A stretch of DNA of 64,000 bases from Eledone cirrhosa (GCA_964016885.1 OZ024744.1:60450001-60514000); one strand, 5' to 3'; shown: positions 34,748 to 46,992, counted from the stretch's first letter. The notes: a model not told the origin generated them from the sequence alone. Numbers and translations are program-made.

Positions 34748-36490
34748 CATGTTGGCTAAGATAAGAGGAAAACAAATGAGAGGGGAAAAGTGAAAAAAAT
34801 TTTACCTTTGATTTTTTTTTTTAGGAAGAGGGTGGATGATCCATCCCTCAGACCAGTGGTGTATTTCTCCACGAGAATGTCAGAATCAATTCTTTTGGTG
34901 AGGGTCCCTCGATAGTCTGCAATTGCTGCGGGGAACTTTTTCTTTAATGTTGTGTAATTCTTCTGAGAGATTTCAATTATTTTTATGTGTGCGTGTGCAA
35001 TTTTGTTGGTTTGTGTGTAATTTGTTTCTGTAATGTTGGTGTTGCATTGAATGTAATTTAAAAGCTTTGTGTTGTCTGTGTCTATAGCTGTGTATTGGGA
35101 TGTTGGTGCTTTCTGTGTTTGCAGTGGTGTTGTTGGAGGTGATGATGGGGTAGATGATAATGGTGGTGGTGGTGATGGTGTAGGAGGTTATGGGTGTGTA
35201 GCTGTCGATGGTGATGGCAGTGGGGTCGTTGATTTTTCAATTTTTTTGTTTTTTTCTTCCTCTTTTTTTTGAAGGGTGAAGGTAGGGTTCTCTTTCTTCT
35301 TTTTTTTACTGCGATTTTTTTCTACCCTTCAGTGTCATCATACTCCCTCTCTGATTTAGTGATATCGGGAAGGGGCATGCTCTCCATTTGGTCTTATTGG
35401 TGCTGCAGTGGAGATGGTGTTTTTGTCGTTGGTGTTGCTGGTGCTGGTAGTTTTTCCGCCACAGCAACCTCAGGTGGTTTGGCTACTCCAGTCGCGGGAC
35501 ACAGCATAGGGAGAAGGGAGAAGCGCGTGAGTTTGGTGCAGAAGGCCTTAAGGTTTGTTTTGTCTCCGCACCAGTGACACCTTGGGCCTCTATCTTTGAC
35601 AGTCATGGGTAGATTGCTGTCATCACCCAAGTCGATCACATCAGGGATGGCCCCTATGCTTTCATGATTTGATTGGATGATTAGCTCCATCCCCGAGCCT
35701 GACCAGTTTTCCTATCTTATACACATGATGTCTAGAATTGTTGTTGACTCCTCGACGTCAGTGAGGACAGCTGCCCTCAGCCAAGCAATCTCTACTGATG
35801 GCGAAACCTGGGTCACTCGGACCCTCGCGACACTCTGGCCACAGTATGTGGACACCATCCCTATTTTGTCACTGCGGAGTGGTGTAATGGACTGTGCTCT
35901 GGCTTCCTCGGGTGTAGCAAAGAGAACATCCACTGTGCCATACTTGATCCTTGGGCTATGTAGGTTTTCTGTGCCCAGACGACACCCATAGCCCTTCGGA
36001 CCTGCAACTAAATCGCCCATTCCACATGGTGTGATTTGAGTCCAAGTGTATGGTACGAGACTGTACACAGACATCGGTTTTTCATGACATTGGGGGAGGG
36101 GGGAGTGAGGCTGACCCTGTGTCCGGTTTTCTTGACCAACATCTTGGCTTGCCTCATCTCCGTGTCACTGATGCGTACTCGTTCAACATTTTTGGCAGCC
36201 TTTGCGAATGATCTAGCTTGGGCGGCTCCTCCCTGCTGTGTGGTTTTGTCGTTACTGCTGCTTTTGATGTTTTGTTGTTGTTGTTGTGGTTGTCACTGTT
36301 GTTGATCTTGTCTTTGTTGTCGTTCTTGCTGTTGTTGTTGTTGGTAATCTTGTCGCTGTTGGTGCTGTTGTTGGTGTTGTCATTTTTTGTGCTGTTACAT
36401 TTCAAAATTGTTGTGGAAGAGGCAGCGTTATTAGCCTCAACGTTTGACTCGCTGTCGCATGACAGCAAACTCAAAGTTGGGGGTGTGGCT
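34748..36490 (-). mobile_element. L1/Tx1-type LINE ORF1 region, spacer and probable ORF2 start codon
   Basis: RRM-like VDVLFATPEEA, knuckle CHWCGDKT(N)LKAFC, low-complexity N/H tracts, GCCAACATGG at 34756-34747. Confidence 0.65.
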
Positions 36491-36497
36491 CCAGCAT

Positions 36498-37300
36498 GTT
36501 TTTTTTTTTTCGATAAAAAATGTTTTCTAAAACACACAAATCTCGAATATTTGGGCCAAAAGGCCCAAATATTATGTGGAGTCCTTTCTTAAGGGCAAAG
36601 ACTGAACCAACCGACACTTCGAGGGCACCTGGGGAGGATACCCTTCTCCTCCTCAAATTCACCAGCCTACAGGCGCATGATCAGAGTAGGCCCACTCACA
36701 CGGGCCATTCTTGCTACATTCACCCACCTTTTAGCAAAGGTTCAAGTGAAACTTGAAGTTGATGAGGGATTGCCCAAAGAGAAAAGTGTCTGTCTTTAGT
36801 CCTTTCAGCCTGGTCCACCATGCAACCTCTTTCGCTATTGCCACCAGACAGAGGAAAAGTGCCTGCCTTCCTGGCCAAAAGAAGTCGGTGGGTCAGTCTT
36901 CACTATCGACTCAGCCGAATTCGTTCTACATGCGACAACAACTGTTCGACATAACTCTACAAGTCAGTAATGCACAGACACTGGACGAGTGCATGCAAAA
37001 CAGTTTTGTCGCTCTGTGCGCATCTCATGCAGGTCCGTTTCACAGCACTTCCGTGCCTGTAGAGTTTATCTCGAACCAGCAGTGCCCCCCCCCCCCCCCG
37101 TAGCACTGCCAAGTGAGGGATTTCTGGAAATTATCCATCATCCCTGGCACGAAAATCCTCCAGAACCAACTGGTCAGTTTGACCTCATTGATGCCCAGAG
37201 CCTTTCCAAGGGCGTCGTCGCACTTGTCCACTACTAATCCTCTATAGAACTCGAGAGTGGAAGTTCCACTGACCACATTGCCCATCAGGTAGAGGGCTGT
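36498..37300 (-). mobile_element. L1/Tx1-type ORF2 3' end with poly(A)
   Basis: Paralog of 37478-38050; Cx2C..H..C knuckle region; T-run at 36498-36510. Confidence 0.7.
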
Positions 37301-37310
37301 AAGTGCCTAA

Positions 37311-37470
37311 TGTTTCTACTTTTGGCACAAGGCCAGCAATTACCCCAGTGCATTAATGGTGCTTTATTTTATCGACCCCGTAAGGATGAAAGGCAAAGTT
37401 AACCTCAGTGGGATTTGAACTCAGAACGTAAAGAGCCATAACTCTATGTTGCAAAGCATAGTGTCTGACG
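37311..37470 (-). mobile_element. tRNA-derived SINE, near full length
   Basis: GGGATTTGAACTC (B box, reverse complement); same body as 40529-40717. Confidence 0.9.
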
Positions 37471-37477
37471 CTAATGC

Positions 37478-38050
37478 TTTTTTTATTAAATGCAAGGGTT
37501 CACATAAAGTATAACATTAAGATCAGCACATGATTTACAAGACGGTACAAATGGGCATTACAAATGGGTACCCACCTTTCAATAAACTGGCTGGAAGGCA
37601 ATACTTCCTTCTCCACCCTGATTTTCCTTTTCAGGTGAGACCTGAAAAAGTTAATGAGGGCCTCACTGAAGAGGAAAGTGCCTGTCTTCAACCCTTCCAG
37701 ACGCATTCACCATACGACTTGTTTTACCATGGCCACCAGGCAGGTAAAAACTCCTTCCCTTCCTGATTAATGGAGGGCGGCGAGGAAATCTTCATGATGA
37801 ACTCAGCTGATAGCCGAATCCGTCTTACATGCGACAGCAGATGTTCAACATAAAACCACAAGTCAGCGATGCTCGGACACTGGACAAGTGTGTGCAGGAC
37901 AGTCTCATCGCCTGATACGCATCTCAGACAGGCCTGGCTGATGGCACTTCCATGCCTGTTAAGTTTATCTCAAACTGGCAATGCTCCTCGGTAACACTGC
38001 CAGGCCAGGGACTTCTGGAAGTTGTCCATTGGCCCTAGACTGAAAGTCCT
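37478..38050 (-). mobile_element. L1/Tx1-type ORF2 3' end
   Basis: MDNFQKSLAWQC..ALPV..ACLRC..DETVLHTLVQC (L1 C-terminal CCHC); AATAAAAAAAA tail. Confidence 0.75.
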
Positions 38051-38699
38051 TCCAAGGAGAATAGCTAATTAGTTATACCATGGTGAGAGAAGTGTTTACA
38101 TATATTGATAGTTATTGAGCTGGGCAAAAAGTGAGAAAAGGTTATGTTATATTCCTACAATAGAGATGCATGCAAGGTAGTTCCAATTATATCAATTCAA
38201 TGACTGACTGGTGACATGTATATATATGTATTTTAGAGCATGAATTTAAGTTACTCTACAGCTTACGTGGTAGATTGGCAACTGTCAGGAGCAAAGCAAG
38301 CTTGCATGGGGCCTTTGGCTAAAATTTTCATTGAGGCACATGCATATTATTTATGGTAACAAAAACAATAATTTGGGCCCTTTAAATAGTGATCCTGGTT
38401 AAAGCCCAGCCAGCGCCCATCCCCTCCTCTCTAATCTGCCATTGGCAGATTTCTTGTTCACACATAGCCATCATGATGAGGTTAGAAAGAGGTGATAAGT
38501 AATTGAAAAAACTGTAAATGTGCTCAAATTCATTGGTAAAAGTGGGGACTGAGCTACAAAGAAGGAATAGAGAAGCAGCATACACACTTGATGAGATCAA
38601 TCATTGTAAAGCTACTTCAGAAGTATGATTCCTGCAGAACCAAACATTTCTCTCTCAAATTATCCCAAAACAACTAGGAATGGAATGGAGTGGAATGGA

Positions 38700-39418
38700 T
38701 CTCCATTGATTTTGAGAATGAATGTTTCAGATAGTTGATCAGCAGAAGAGCCTGCTCATAAAATTAGCATGCAGAGCCTGGGTTAGTCGCAGACTGCAGC
38801 AGGTTGCCACTGGAAAATTTGTCTATGACTACCTGTTAGAAACAGTGTCCTTGGTCTCTGGTCTCCAGTCACTAGTTTTGCTGAAATTGCCAGCATTTCT
38901 TTCATCAGTAACCTCTTTCCGCATCCTCATCAACAAGGTTCTCCACAGCACAATGGAAACCACTGTGATCGAGAAACGTGAGGCCACCTGCGAGACTTGC
39001 AACCAGCTTAGACTTTGCTTCTCCTCTTTCCTCTGTTGACATCAAATCCCCCCCGAGCACATGGAATGCTATCCAGTGCGACATGACCTTGGACAGTTTA
39101 GTGTGCCAGCTCGACCAGTATTGCCTCGCATGTTTATGCTCAGTCTCGCAACCCACAGCAGTACCTGGCTCAATGCCTCCTTTTCGACTGGCACACATCT
39201 GGGTAACGATAGCCTACGAATAGAGGTTTCTCTGAGTCTTTCCCTCCAGATCTACCAGCCACACAAATGTCACTGCAAATCCACCATAGACACTTTTGGC
39301 CTCCACCCGCTATCCTGTCGCTACAGTGCTGGCCGCATTCCACGTCATGCTGCTCTCAACGAAGTCATAAAGCATGGCTTGGATACTGCAGGATTCCCCT
39401 CCCAGCTCGAGCCTGCTA
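38700..39418. mobile_element. CRE-like RLE element fragment with internal inversion
   Basis: Plus 38840-39418 encodes HKCHC..GLHPLSC..RHAALNE..QLEP; minus 38830-38740 matches the downstream RLE part seen at 42800-42860. Confidence 0.75.
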
Positions 39419-40528
39419 AATGACTAGAAGACTAACCAGTTGTTCTTTATTCTCACTTAGCTGGTAGCAAACTAATGACCCACTGCTGGAGTTGATTAAG
39501 TTTGCATTGAGGCCCTTGGCTAAAAATTTCATCATAGCCCTTGAATATTATTTATGGCCGCAAATAGAATTAATTCAGGGCTCCTGACTGTAGTACAATC
39601 AGACCCTCACCCTTAATCTGTTGCTGATCCCAAGGTCAAATATGGCCCACAGCTTTATTTCATAAAACCTGTGACATGGCACACAAAAATTCTTTGTTTC
39701 TTTTATCAATCTTTGGTTAATGAGCAATTAACAAAAATTTAAAAAAGCCCACACTTTCAGTGGCATCAACTAAATCAATAAAATTTAGTAAAATATGAAA
39801 GTTACCCAGGAGTGAGAGCTTGAACAGTAAATGTTTTCATATTCCTAAATGAATAGAGCAAAAACAAAAACAAAAAGGATTCATTTTATGAAATACATTT
39901 ATTTTATTCGATGGTCATCATTTATAATGAAAAACAATTAAGTAATTTGATAAAAAAAAAAAAAAAAAAATAAGCTGTTTCCCTAGCCATGTATAATGGT
40001 TTCTTTTCTTTTTTTCCTCTTTGATCTGCCAAACAGAAAAAACATTTCTAATAGAGCCTGATTTTACAATCTTTCTACTAGCTAATAGACAAAACATTAA
40101 AGTAAAAGAACAGCTAAGGCTGAAATGCTGATTCCATTCTTTAAGCTGGCTAATAGACAATAGATATTGAAGTAAATGATTGGGTGACCTACAAACGAAG
40201 CATACAATTATCTATTTTCATCCACCAAATTGAAAAGACGGAGCTATCACTCTTGAGGAAGGAGACCAGCATAGTGGAATGGTTGATGCAGCAGGCATCA
40301 CTGGTTGTTCACCATATTATCTGCAAGTCACAGCTATGATATGTGTCTAATCAAGGGTGTACAGTTTACCCCTGAGGTAGAATGGCTGATATAGTAGATA
40401 CTGGGATACAGATATACTGTCTAGCCAAAGTAGCAAAATGTTCCCCCTCCCAATTTCTTCACCCTGTTTTACTCCTTTTCTTCCTTTTTTCTTTCTCTTT
40501 CTTTCAGTCATTATGATATTTTAATTTA

Positions 40529-40717
40529 AGGGCGGTGGATTGGCAGTATCGGTAGAGAGTCGGACGCCATGCTTTGACGCATAGAGTTACGTCCCTTGCC
40601 ATTCTGAGTTCAAATCCCGCCGAGGTTAACTTTGCCTTTCATCCTTACGGGGTCGATAAAATAAAGTTCCAGTAATACACTGGGGTAATTGCTGGCCTTG
40701 TGCCAAAAGTAGAAACA
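40529..40717 (+). mobile_element. Full-length tRNA-derived SINE
   Basis: A box TGGCAGTATCGG, B box GAGTTCAAATCCC, central GCCTTTCATCCTTACGGGGTCGATAAAAT; 19-bp TSD at 40510-40528 and 40718-40736. Confidence 0.95.
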
Positions 40718-40805
40718 ATTATGATATTTTAATTTATTTTGAAAATAGGAAATAAAGTTTCGGTTACCACTATACGGTGTCTATACAGATGTAAAGTTAT
40801 CATTC

Positions 40806-40887
40806 ATATATATATATGTGTGTGCGTGCGTGCGTGTGTATATATATATATACATACATATATATATATACATGTATATATATACAT

Positions 40888-40928
<41 letters not shown>

Positions 40929-41070
40929 TATGTATGTATGTATATGTGTATGTGTGTGTGTATGTGTATATGTATGTATGTATATATATGTATATATGTA
41001 TGTATATGTGTATGTGTATGTATATATATATATGTATATATGTATGTATATGTGTATGTGTATATGTATG

Positions 41071-41101
<31 letters not shown>

Positions 41102-41432
41102 ATGTGTATGTGTATGTATATATGTATGTATATATGTATGTATGTGTATGTGTATTTATATGTATATATATATATGTATGTGTGTATATGTGTACGTATA
41201 TGTATGTATATATGTATGTATATATGTGTATATATGTGTATGTATATGTATATATATGTATGTATATGTATGTATATGTGTGTATGTATATATATGTATA
41301 TATGTATGTATGTGTATATATATATGTATGTATATGTATATATATGTGTGTATGTATGTATGTGTATATATATATATGTATGTATGTGTGTATATATATA
41401 TGTATGTATGTATGTATATATATGTATGTATG
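40806..41432. repeat. Compound (TA)/(TG)/(TATG) microsatellite
   Basis: Direct reading. Confidence 0.97.
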
Positions 41433-41710
41433 TCAGGTTACCAGTGCTACTGGTAACATGTATCCCAGTACAACCTGTCTCATGGTCGGGTCGTTGGCGA
41501 CGAAACTGGCAACCCCACCAAGGTTTCTTGGTGAGGAGGGTGACTTTGGACATCCTGCAGGACTAAAGACAAAACCTGTCAAAGGGCAAAGGAGCTCTTA
41601 AGAGTCAATGGCCATCCAAAATCACCGGGAGAGATGACCCCTTAGCCTTTGTCAAGGCAGAATTCTAGGAGAAGGAAAACTCTGATATAACACCTGCAAC
41701 CCTGATGGTA
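41433..41710 (+). mobile_element. Probable RTE-type LINE 5' UTR fragment
   Basis: TCTAGGAGAAGGAAAACTCTGA motif recalled from RTE 5' regions; several hairpins; no ORF follows. Confidence 0.45.
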
Positions 41711-42176
41711 TCCAATGATGTTGACTTTTTCTTCTTTTTGGTAAATATTATCTTGGTTAAGAGAGTGGGACTGGCTTTGTGCAGTGCCTTTGCTCACTAT
41801 AAAAGCTTCACGGCACAGGCATTGCTTTATATCTGGAGATCTCTCTGCACTTGTCGTCACATGGTACCATGGGCCCAGCACTATGTGTCAATAATTGTCA
41901 CAAGTGTAGTGTTTGTACCAGAGTTTTCAAGTCGCTGGCTGGACTAAAAAGTTACACTTGTTCAGCGCATCGGTAGGGGTTCTCCTACATGGTTATAAAG
42001 TAGTGGCCGTACTCGAAAACGAGTTGGCAGCCACCATATATATATATATGTATATATTATAGTTAAAACAGAAAACAAAAAACAAAAACAAAGCGAAGAG
42101 TGCAGTACAAAGGGTTAGTATTAGGTTCGCACTTGAGAGTGGCGGGTATATATATATTTTATATCCAAAATATATC

Positions 42177-42250
42177 TATTTCATCTGATGAACAGGCTGG
42201 ATGTTTCTGTAAAGATCGTCTAGTGTCTTGAAACCTTTGGTGATGGAATA
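42177..42250 (+). ncRNA. Degenerate hammerhead motif (GUG at cleavage triplet)
   Basis: UAUUUCAU-CUGAUGA-stem II-GAAA-CCUUUGG-UG-AUGGAAUA; downstream AGCTCTGTA..TACATAGAGCACTCTT shared with the 31.7-kb copy. Confidence 0.65.
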
Positions 42251-42364
42251 ATTATATTGTGTTGTTTATTATGTAATTAAATAGCTCTGTACAATACATA
42301 GAGCACTCTTCTTTCCTTTACCTTTTCTACAGAAATACTTAACACACATACACACACACACACA

Positions 42365-42402
<38 letters not shown>

Positions 42403-42459
42403 GAATATAAATATATACATATTCACCAGGTCCAAACACAAAGGAACCAAACTCCCACT

Positions 42460-43165
42460 GTCACTGCCTCCATCTCTCCCGCTCTCCCCATCTCTCACTG
42501 TGATGAGCAAATGGGTACTCACATACTGACTGCCCCGTGACCCCGGCGGACAGAATAGAGAAGGTATTTCCTAGGAGAATGGTGAGGGAGATACACTGGA
42601 AGAACGATTCCAACTTGTGAGACTCATACCTGTGTATAGCCAACTATATGCCAATGAGGGTGAGCAGGGAGGTGGCCCTAGGGCCAAGGACACCAGAAGT
42701 CTCTACTAAATGAACTCGACAACAAACTTGTCGGAGAGCAACCAATATTTGGAGAGTTTCCCCGGTATTTGAGGAGTTTGGCCACCTCGGACCAAAGTGC
42801 AGCAGAGCCTGGGTTAGTTGCAGACTGCACCAGGTTGCTGCTGAAAAATGTGTCACTGCATGTGGAATCCCAGATGAGGGGTTTACCACCGTGGAACGGG
42901 AAGATAGTTATGCCATCTGACCTTTTGCCTTCCCCTCAGTCCTGCCCCACCGTCTCAAGCTAGGAGAGGAAGCCTGTAATATCCAAGCCATGCTTTATGA
43001 CTTCATTGAGAGCAGCATGGGATGGAAGGCGGCTAGCACTGTAGCGACAGGATAGAGGGTGGAGGCCAAAAGAGTCCACGGTGGATCCGCAGTGACATTT
43101 GTGTGGCTTGCAGATCCGGAGGCTGAGGCTCGGGGAAACCCCGATTCGCAGGCTAGATAACATTA
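42460..43165 (-). mobile_element. CRE-like element 3' part (CCHC knuckle and RLE)
   Basis: HKCHCGSTVDSFGLHPLSC..HAALNE; GKRSDG..LIWDSTC (RPD..WD RLE-like motif). Confidence 0.8.
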
Positions 43166-43424
43166 TTTATTACATGAGGGGGGTAACATTTACCGACAGA
43201 CTACTTTCACTGGCAGGTCGCATAAGCATCAGTCTGTGTACAAGTGTACGAGCATCAATGCACGTGCGTGTTAGTGTATGGAGGGAGAGAGGAAGGAAGA
43301 GAAAGGAGAGGAAGAGAAAGAGAACGTTTGTGTGTGACAGGAAAAGAAAAGTAAATACTCTTTGATATATAGCTTTTAGAATGACAGAATTCTTGTACAT
43401 TGGGGAGAGAGGCATTTGGAGAGG

Positions 43425-43463
<39 letters not shown>

Positions 43464-43480
43464 ATATATATACACACACA

Positions 43481-43557
43481 CAGGATGTCCCCAAAAATCT
43501 AGACACACTTTGATTAGAATGCTGTTGAAGTGTGTATACATTTTGGGGGACACCCTG
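43481..43557. mobile_element. 77-bp Tc1/mariner-type MITE in microsatellite
   Basis: CAGGATGTCCCCAAAAAT...ATTTTGGGGGACACCCTG, ~30-bp TIRs. Confidence 0.7.
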
Positions 43558-43665
43558 TGTTTATATATATAAAGTGGTAGACAGACAGGTAGAGAGATAG
43601 AGAAGTAACGAAAGTCGGCTATCGGCACAGTTATTTTACTCGTGCAATTACATGAACGACGAAAG

Positions 43666-43945
43666 TACACCAGCGCCACCACCTCCACCACCATTAATAC
43701 CACCTCCACCTACATCTCCACCACCACCACCAAAACCAACAACACCGCCACCAACACCGCTACCTCCACCACCATTAACACCACCGCCACCTACATCACC
43801 ACCACCAAAACCAACAACACCGCTACCACCACCACCATTAACACCACCGCCACTTACATCTCCACCACCACCACCACCACCAAAACCACCGCTACCACCA
43901 CCACCATTAACACCACCTACATCTCCACCTTCGACACGACCACAG
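43666..43945. repeat. (ACC)n-rich higher-order low-complexity repeat
   Basis: Recurrent CCACCACCATTAACACCACCGCCACCTACATC unit. Confidence 0.9.
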
Positions 43946-44384
43946 CATTGAAAACAACAACCCGACTTCTAAATGAGATTTTTATTGTTTTGTTATATAT
44001 CTACTAAAAGGTTGTTTGTTAGCTTTGTTTTGTTTCTTTCGTTATCACAGTAACACTAACAACGACAGTTTGCCATCAACCGGCAACACAACAGGCAGCA
44101 TGTCGATGAGGTTTCTTCGTGTCATCCGGAATCCCTTGTTAAGTTGTCACTGTAAGTTTATTTATTTATGTATATATAATTAGTGCTGTATTCACCTAGT
44201 AGCAAGTGTAACATCTGCTACGCGCCACTGCCTTTAACCTTTATGTCAAGTTTATTTTAAATTTAAGACCTCTTAATAGTACATGCTACAAACCCTCCAC
44301 ACTAAACTAATGACATATATATGCACTCTGTGTGTCATTAATATTATTGCAGTTGTTGTTATACACATACACACACGGGAGAGA

Positions 44385-44551
44385 GAATTCAAATCCCGCG
44401 GAGGTCAACTTTACTTTTCATCTTTCTCGTGGTCGATAAAATAAAGTACCAGTTAAGTACTGGAGGTCGATAAAATAAAGTACCAGTTAAGTACTGGAGG
44501 TCGATATAATCAACTTTCCCCTCCCCTAAAATTGTGCCTAAACCAGAAACA
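44385..44551 (+). mobile_element. Older SINE copy with internal 35-bp duplication
   Basis: TTCAAATCCC..GGTCGATAAAATAAAGTACCAGTTAAGTACTGGA twice..CAGAAACA. Confidence 0.8.
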
Positions 44552-45817
44552 ATTATAATTATTCTGTTGTTACTACATTTATATGTTTACTACTTAACTA
44601 ACGTTCGTTATAATGTCCTTGGAGAGTGGAGAATGCATGAAGATCACAACTTCAAATCCTCACATTTGTTCCGTCCGTCATGCAAATTTGAGGTTTTTTG
44701 TTTATCTTATGATGTAAAAAAAATTCATGTTTTCGCATGGTTTGTTTCATGTTGATATAAAGGGGACCCACACCTTCGATCTCTTCCTTCACACATTTCA
44801 ATGCCATTCTCACATGCTTTTAATAATTGTTTCTTTAAAAAATAGAATTCCTAATCATTTTCTACAAATTACATTATATTCACATACGTACAAACTATCT
44901 TACACAGAAAGAGAGAGAGAGAGAGACTCACACATATACCCATACAACTTCCTATAAATAAAAAAAACCCTCACAACCAGTCGATGTAGTTTCTGTTTAT
45001 ATAGGACACATGCATACGCTGCTTCGTCCAAAGGTCAAAATCTAGGATGCCGAAGTTACTCACTTCTAACTCGTGGTAATTGATTGTTGTTTAGCCTCAG
45101 GTCAGACTTGATTGAGTAATAAACCTGTTCTAATTGCAGGCGTTCCAGTCATGACTACCACGTATGTTGATATATCAAGGGTTACGTTATCAGGCGTGTC
45201 CTTTGAGAGCAAAGATGCAATTTTAGAGGATTTAGCTGCTTTTTATGGCTAGTCGAGCGACCGTGAAGAGGAAACTCCTTCGTTCACTACCTCTACTCAC
45301 ACCCCTCGGTCGATGCATTTTTGTTAAGGAAGGGGCTATTCTTGATTTCAATATATTTATTACCAACTGAGTTTGTATCGGTAACTTATACTGTTAGTAG
45401 GTCATCCTTAGACCGAGCAGAGCTGCTATCAAAGCCGTTCCAACTATGAGTGCCCCGTCCTTCTCTCGAACTTTGCGTAACTCGAATTACATCATCCCTT
45501 TCTAATACGATAGGATATAGATCGTTGGCAGGTCGAATCTCTACATAGAGGTTCCCCTCGTTAACTCGTATGTATGACGTACATTTTATATAATCGTTGT
45601 GACTTTTACTTTTTTTTATGGGGAAAGTTAGTCCATGTACCCAAACATATACAATTAATAAAAACATCGGGCTTAATCCTTAAAAGCATGTAATATTTAG
45701 TTATCTACAAATATGAAACTCGTATACAGGAGAAATAAATAATATATATTACCACCGAAAAACCGTGGCTACCCGGAAAAGTTTTGTCCTTTAAAGTATA
45801 TTTGGTTCATTATCTTG

Positions 45818-45897
45818 TTTCATCCTTACAGGGTCGATAAAATAAAGTACCAGTAATGCACTGGGTTACTGCTGGCCTTGTGCCTAACGTAGAAACA
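45818..45897 (+). mobile_element. SINE 3' fragment
   Basis: TSD ATTATCTT at 45809-45816 and 45898-45905. Confidence 0.85.
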
Positions 45898-46763
45898 ATT
45901 ATCTTATGTTAGATACGACTGTCATTTTCATAGGATTATACTTTCACTTCAATATAAACAAGGTTTATAGGATTCGGCCAAAATTCGTTTTATCTTGCTC
46001 TATATTTTGTGTTATGTAACATTGACTGTTTTACGTTACCACAATAGTATGCTTTAGAAACCCTTTATTAAACATTTTAATATTAGTAAGGGTATTATTA
46101 TAGAACACCCCACTCGATTTCAGTGTGAAAAAAAAAAGTTGTTCGTGATCTATCAACTAATCTAACCTCCAAGATACTGACAATCAACTTTATTCCCGGA
46201 GAACGGAGGGTGTGGGTTGGTTACCCCCTCCCCCACTCGGATAACCAACCTCCTCGGAGTTTTCCCTAATTTTTTTTTTTTTTTCGCGTGTTATCAATGA
46301 ACTGGACCTCAAAGCCAATCAGAAAAGAAAAGATTTGTAGAAAAAGGGGTGTGAAAGGGGGGCGAAAAGACTATCAGAGTTTCGCAGGAAATAATTATCT
46401 TTCCTCGATTTCTTCAGGACTGTTTAGATGCTTGCAATAGACCTTTTCCCTGAAAACGGAAACTCTAACCCTAAAACTAACCATAACCCCAAACCTAACC
46501 CTAATCGTACCAGAGAAAACAACCAACCAAAAAATTTATCAGCGATAAAAGTCATGCAACTTGTGGTAAACAAGTATTTACATCAAACATTCTTTAAAAT
46601 ACGGGTCGCAAGAGAACGGGAAGGAAGTTCTATGCATGACATTATATTGACTAGGTCAATGTAAACAGGTAAATCTCTCTCAACAAATTCCCGAGTATCA
46701 TTAAAATAGATACATGTTTTTCTTCTTCGAATCTTGGAAAACGCATCCCACAAATGAAACGTG

Positions 46764-46992
46764 GGCGATCCTTCATCTTAGGTCTAAGCGTATTATTTGT
46801 TTGTTTGTTTTTTTCCCACTATTGTTTTTATCATTTTTGTTACTACAAACTTATATTTTTATCTTTTTCGTTTGTTTCACATACCTACATGCATACACGT
46901 ACATATGTGTGTAATACGAAAATAAACGGCTACCAGCGCAGAGCTGCCGAAGTCATTGTTTACATCGCTTAGATCTAAGACGAAGGATCGCC
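46764..46992. mobile_element. GG-ended MITE with 27-bp TIRs
   Basis: GGCGATCCTTCATCTTAGGTCTAAGCG / CGCTTAGATCTAAGACGAAGGATCGCC; imperfect 8-bp flanks GAAACGTG / AAAAAGTG. Confidence 0.7.

Noticed and set aside
34800-36490. ORF1-only HAL1-like element ending in A10
   Set aside because: The A-run is followed by a pyrimidine spacer and GCCAACATGG, more like an inter-ORF region truncated by the adjacent RTE
40739-41601. Long ORFs rich in Y/I/C/M/V/H/T (also 4821-5225, 19892-20191)
   Set aside because: Translations of stop-free TA/TG microsatellites
43190-43230. Minus-strand ACAGACUGAUGC...GAAAGUAGUCUGU hammerhead-like sequence
   Set aside because: Core lacks A9, there is no stem II, and the register of stem I and the cleavage triplet does not fit
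43642-44007. Extensin- or mucin-like Pro/Thr-rich ORFs
   Set aside because: Product of an (ACC)n repeat; no signal peptide or splice context seen
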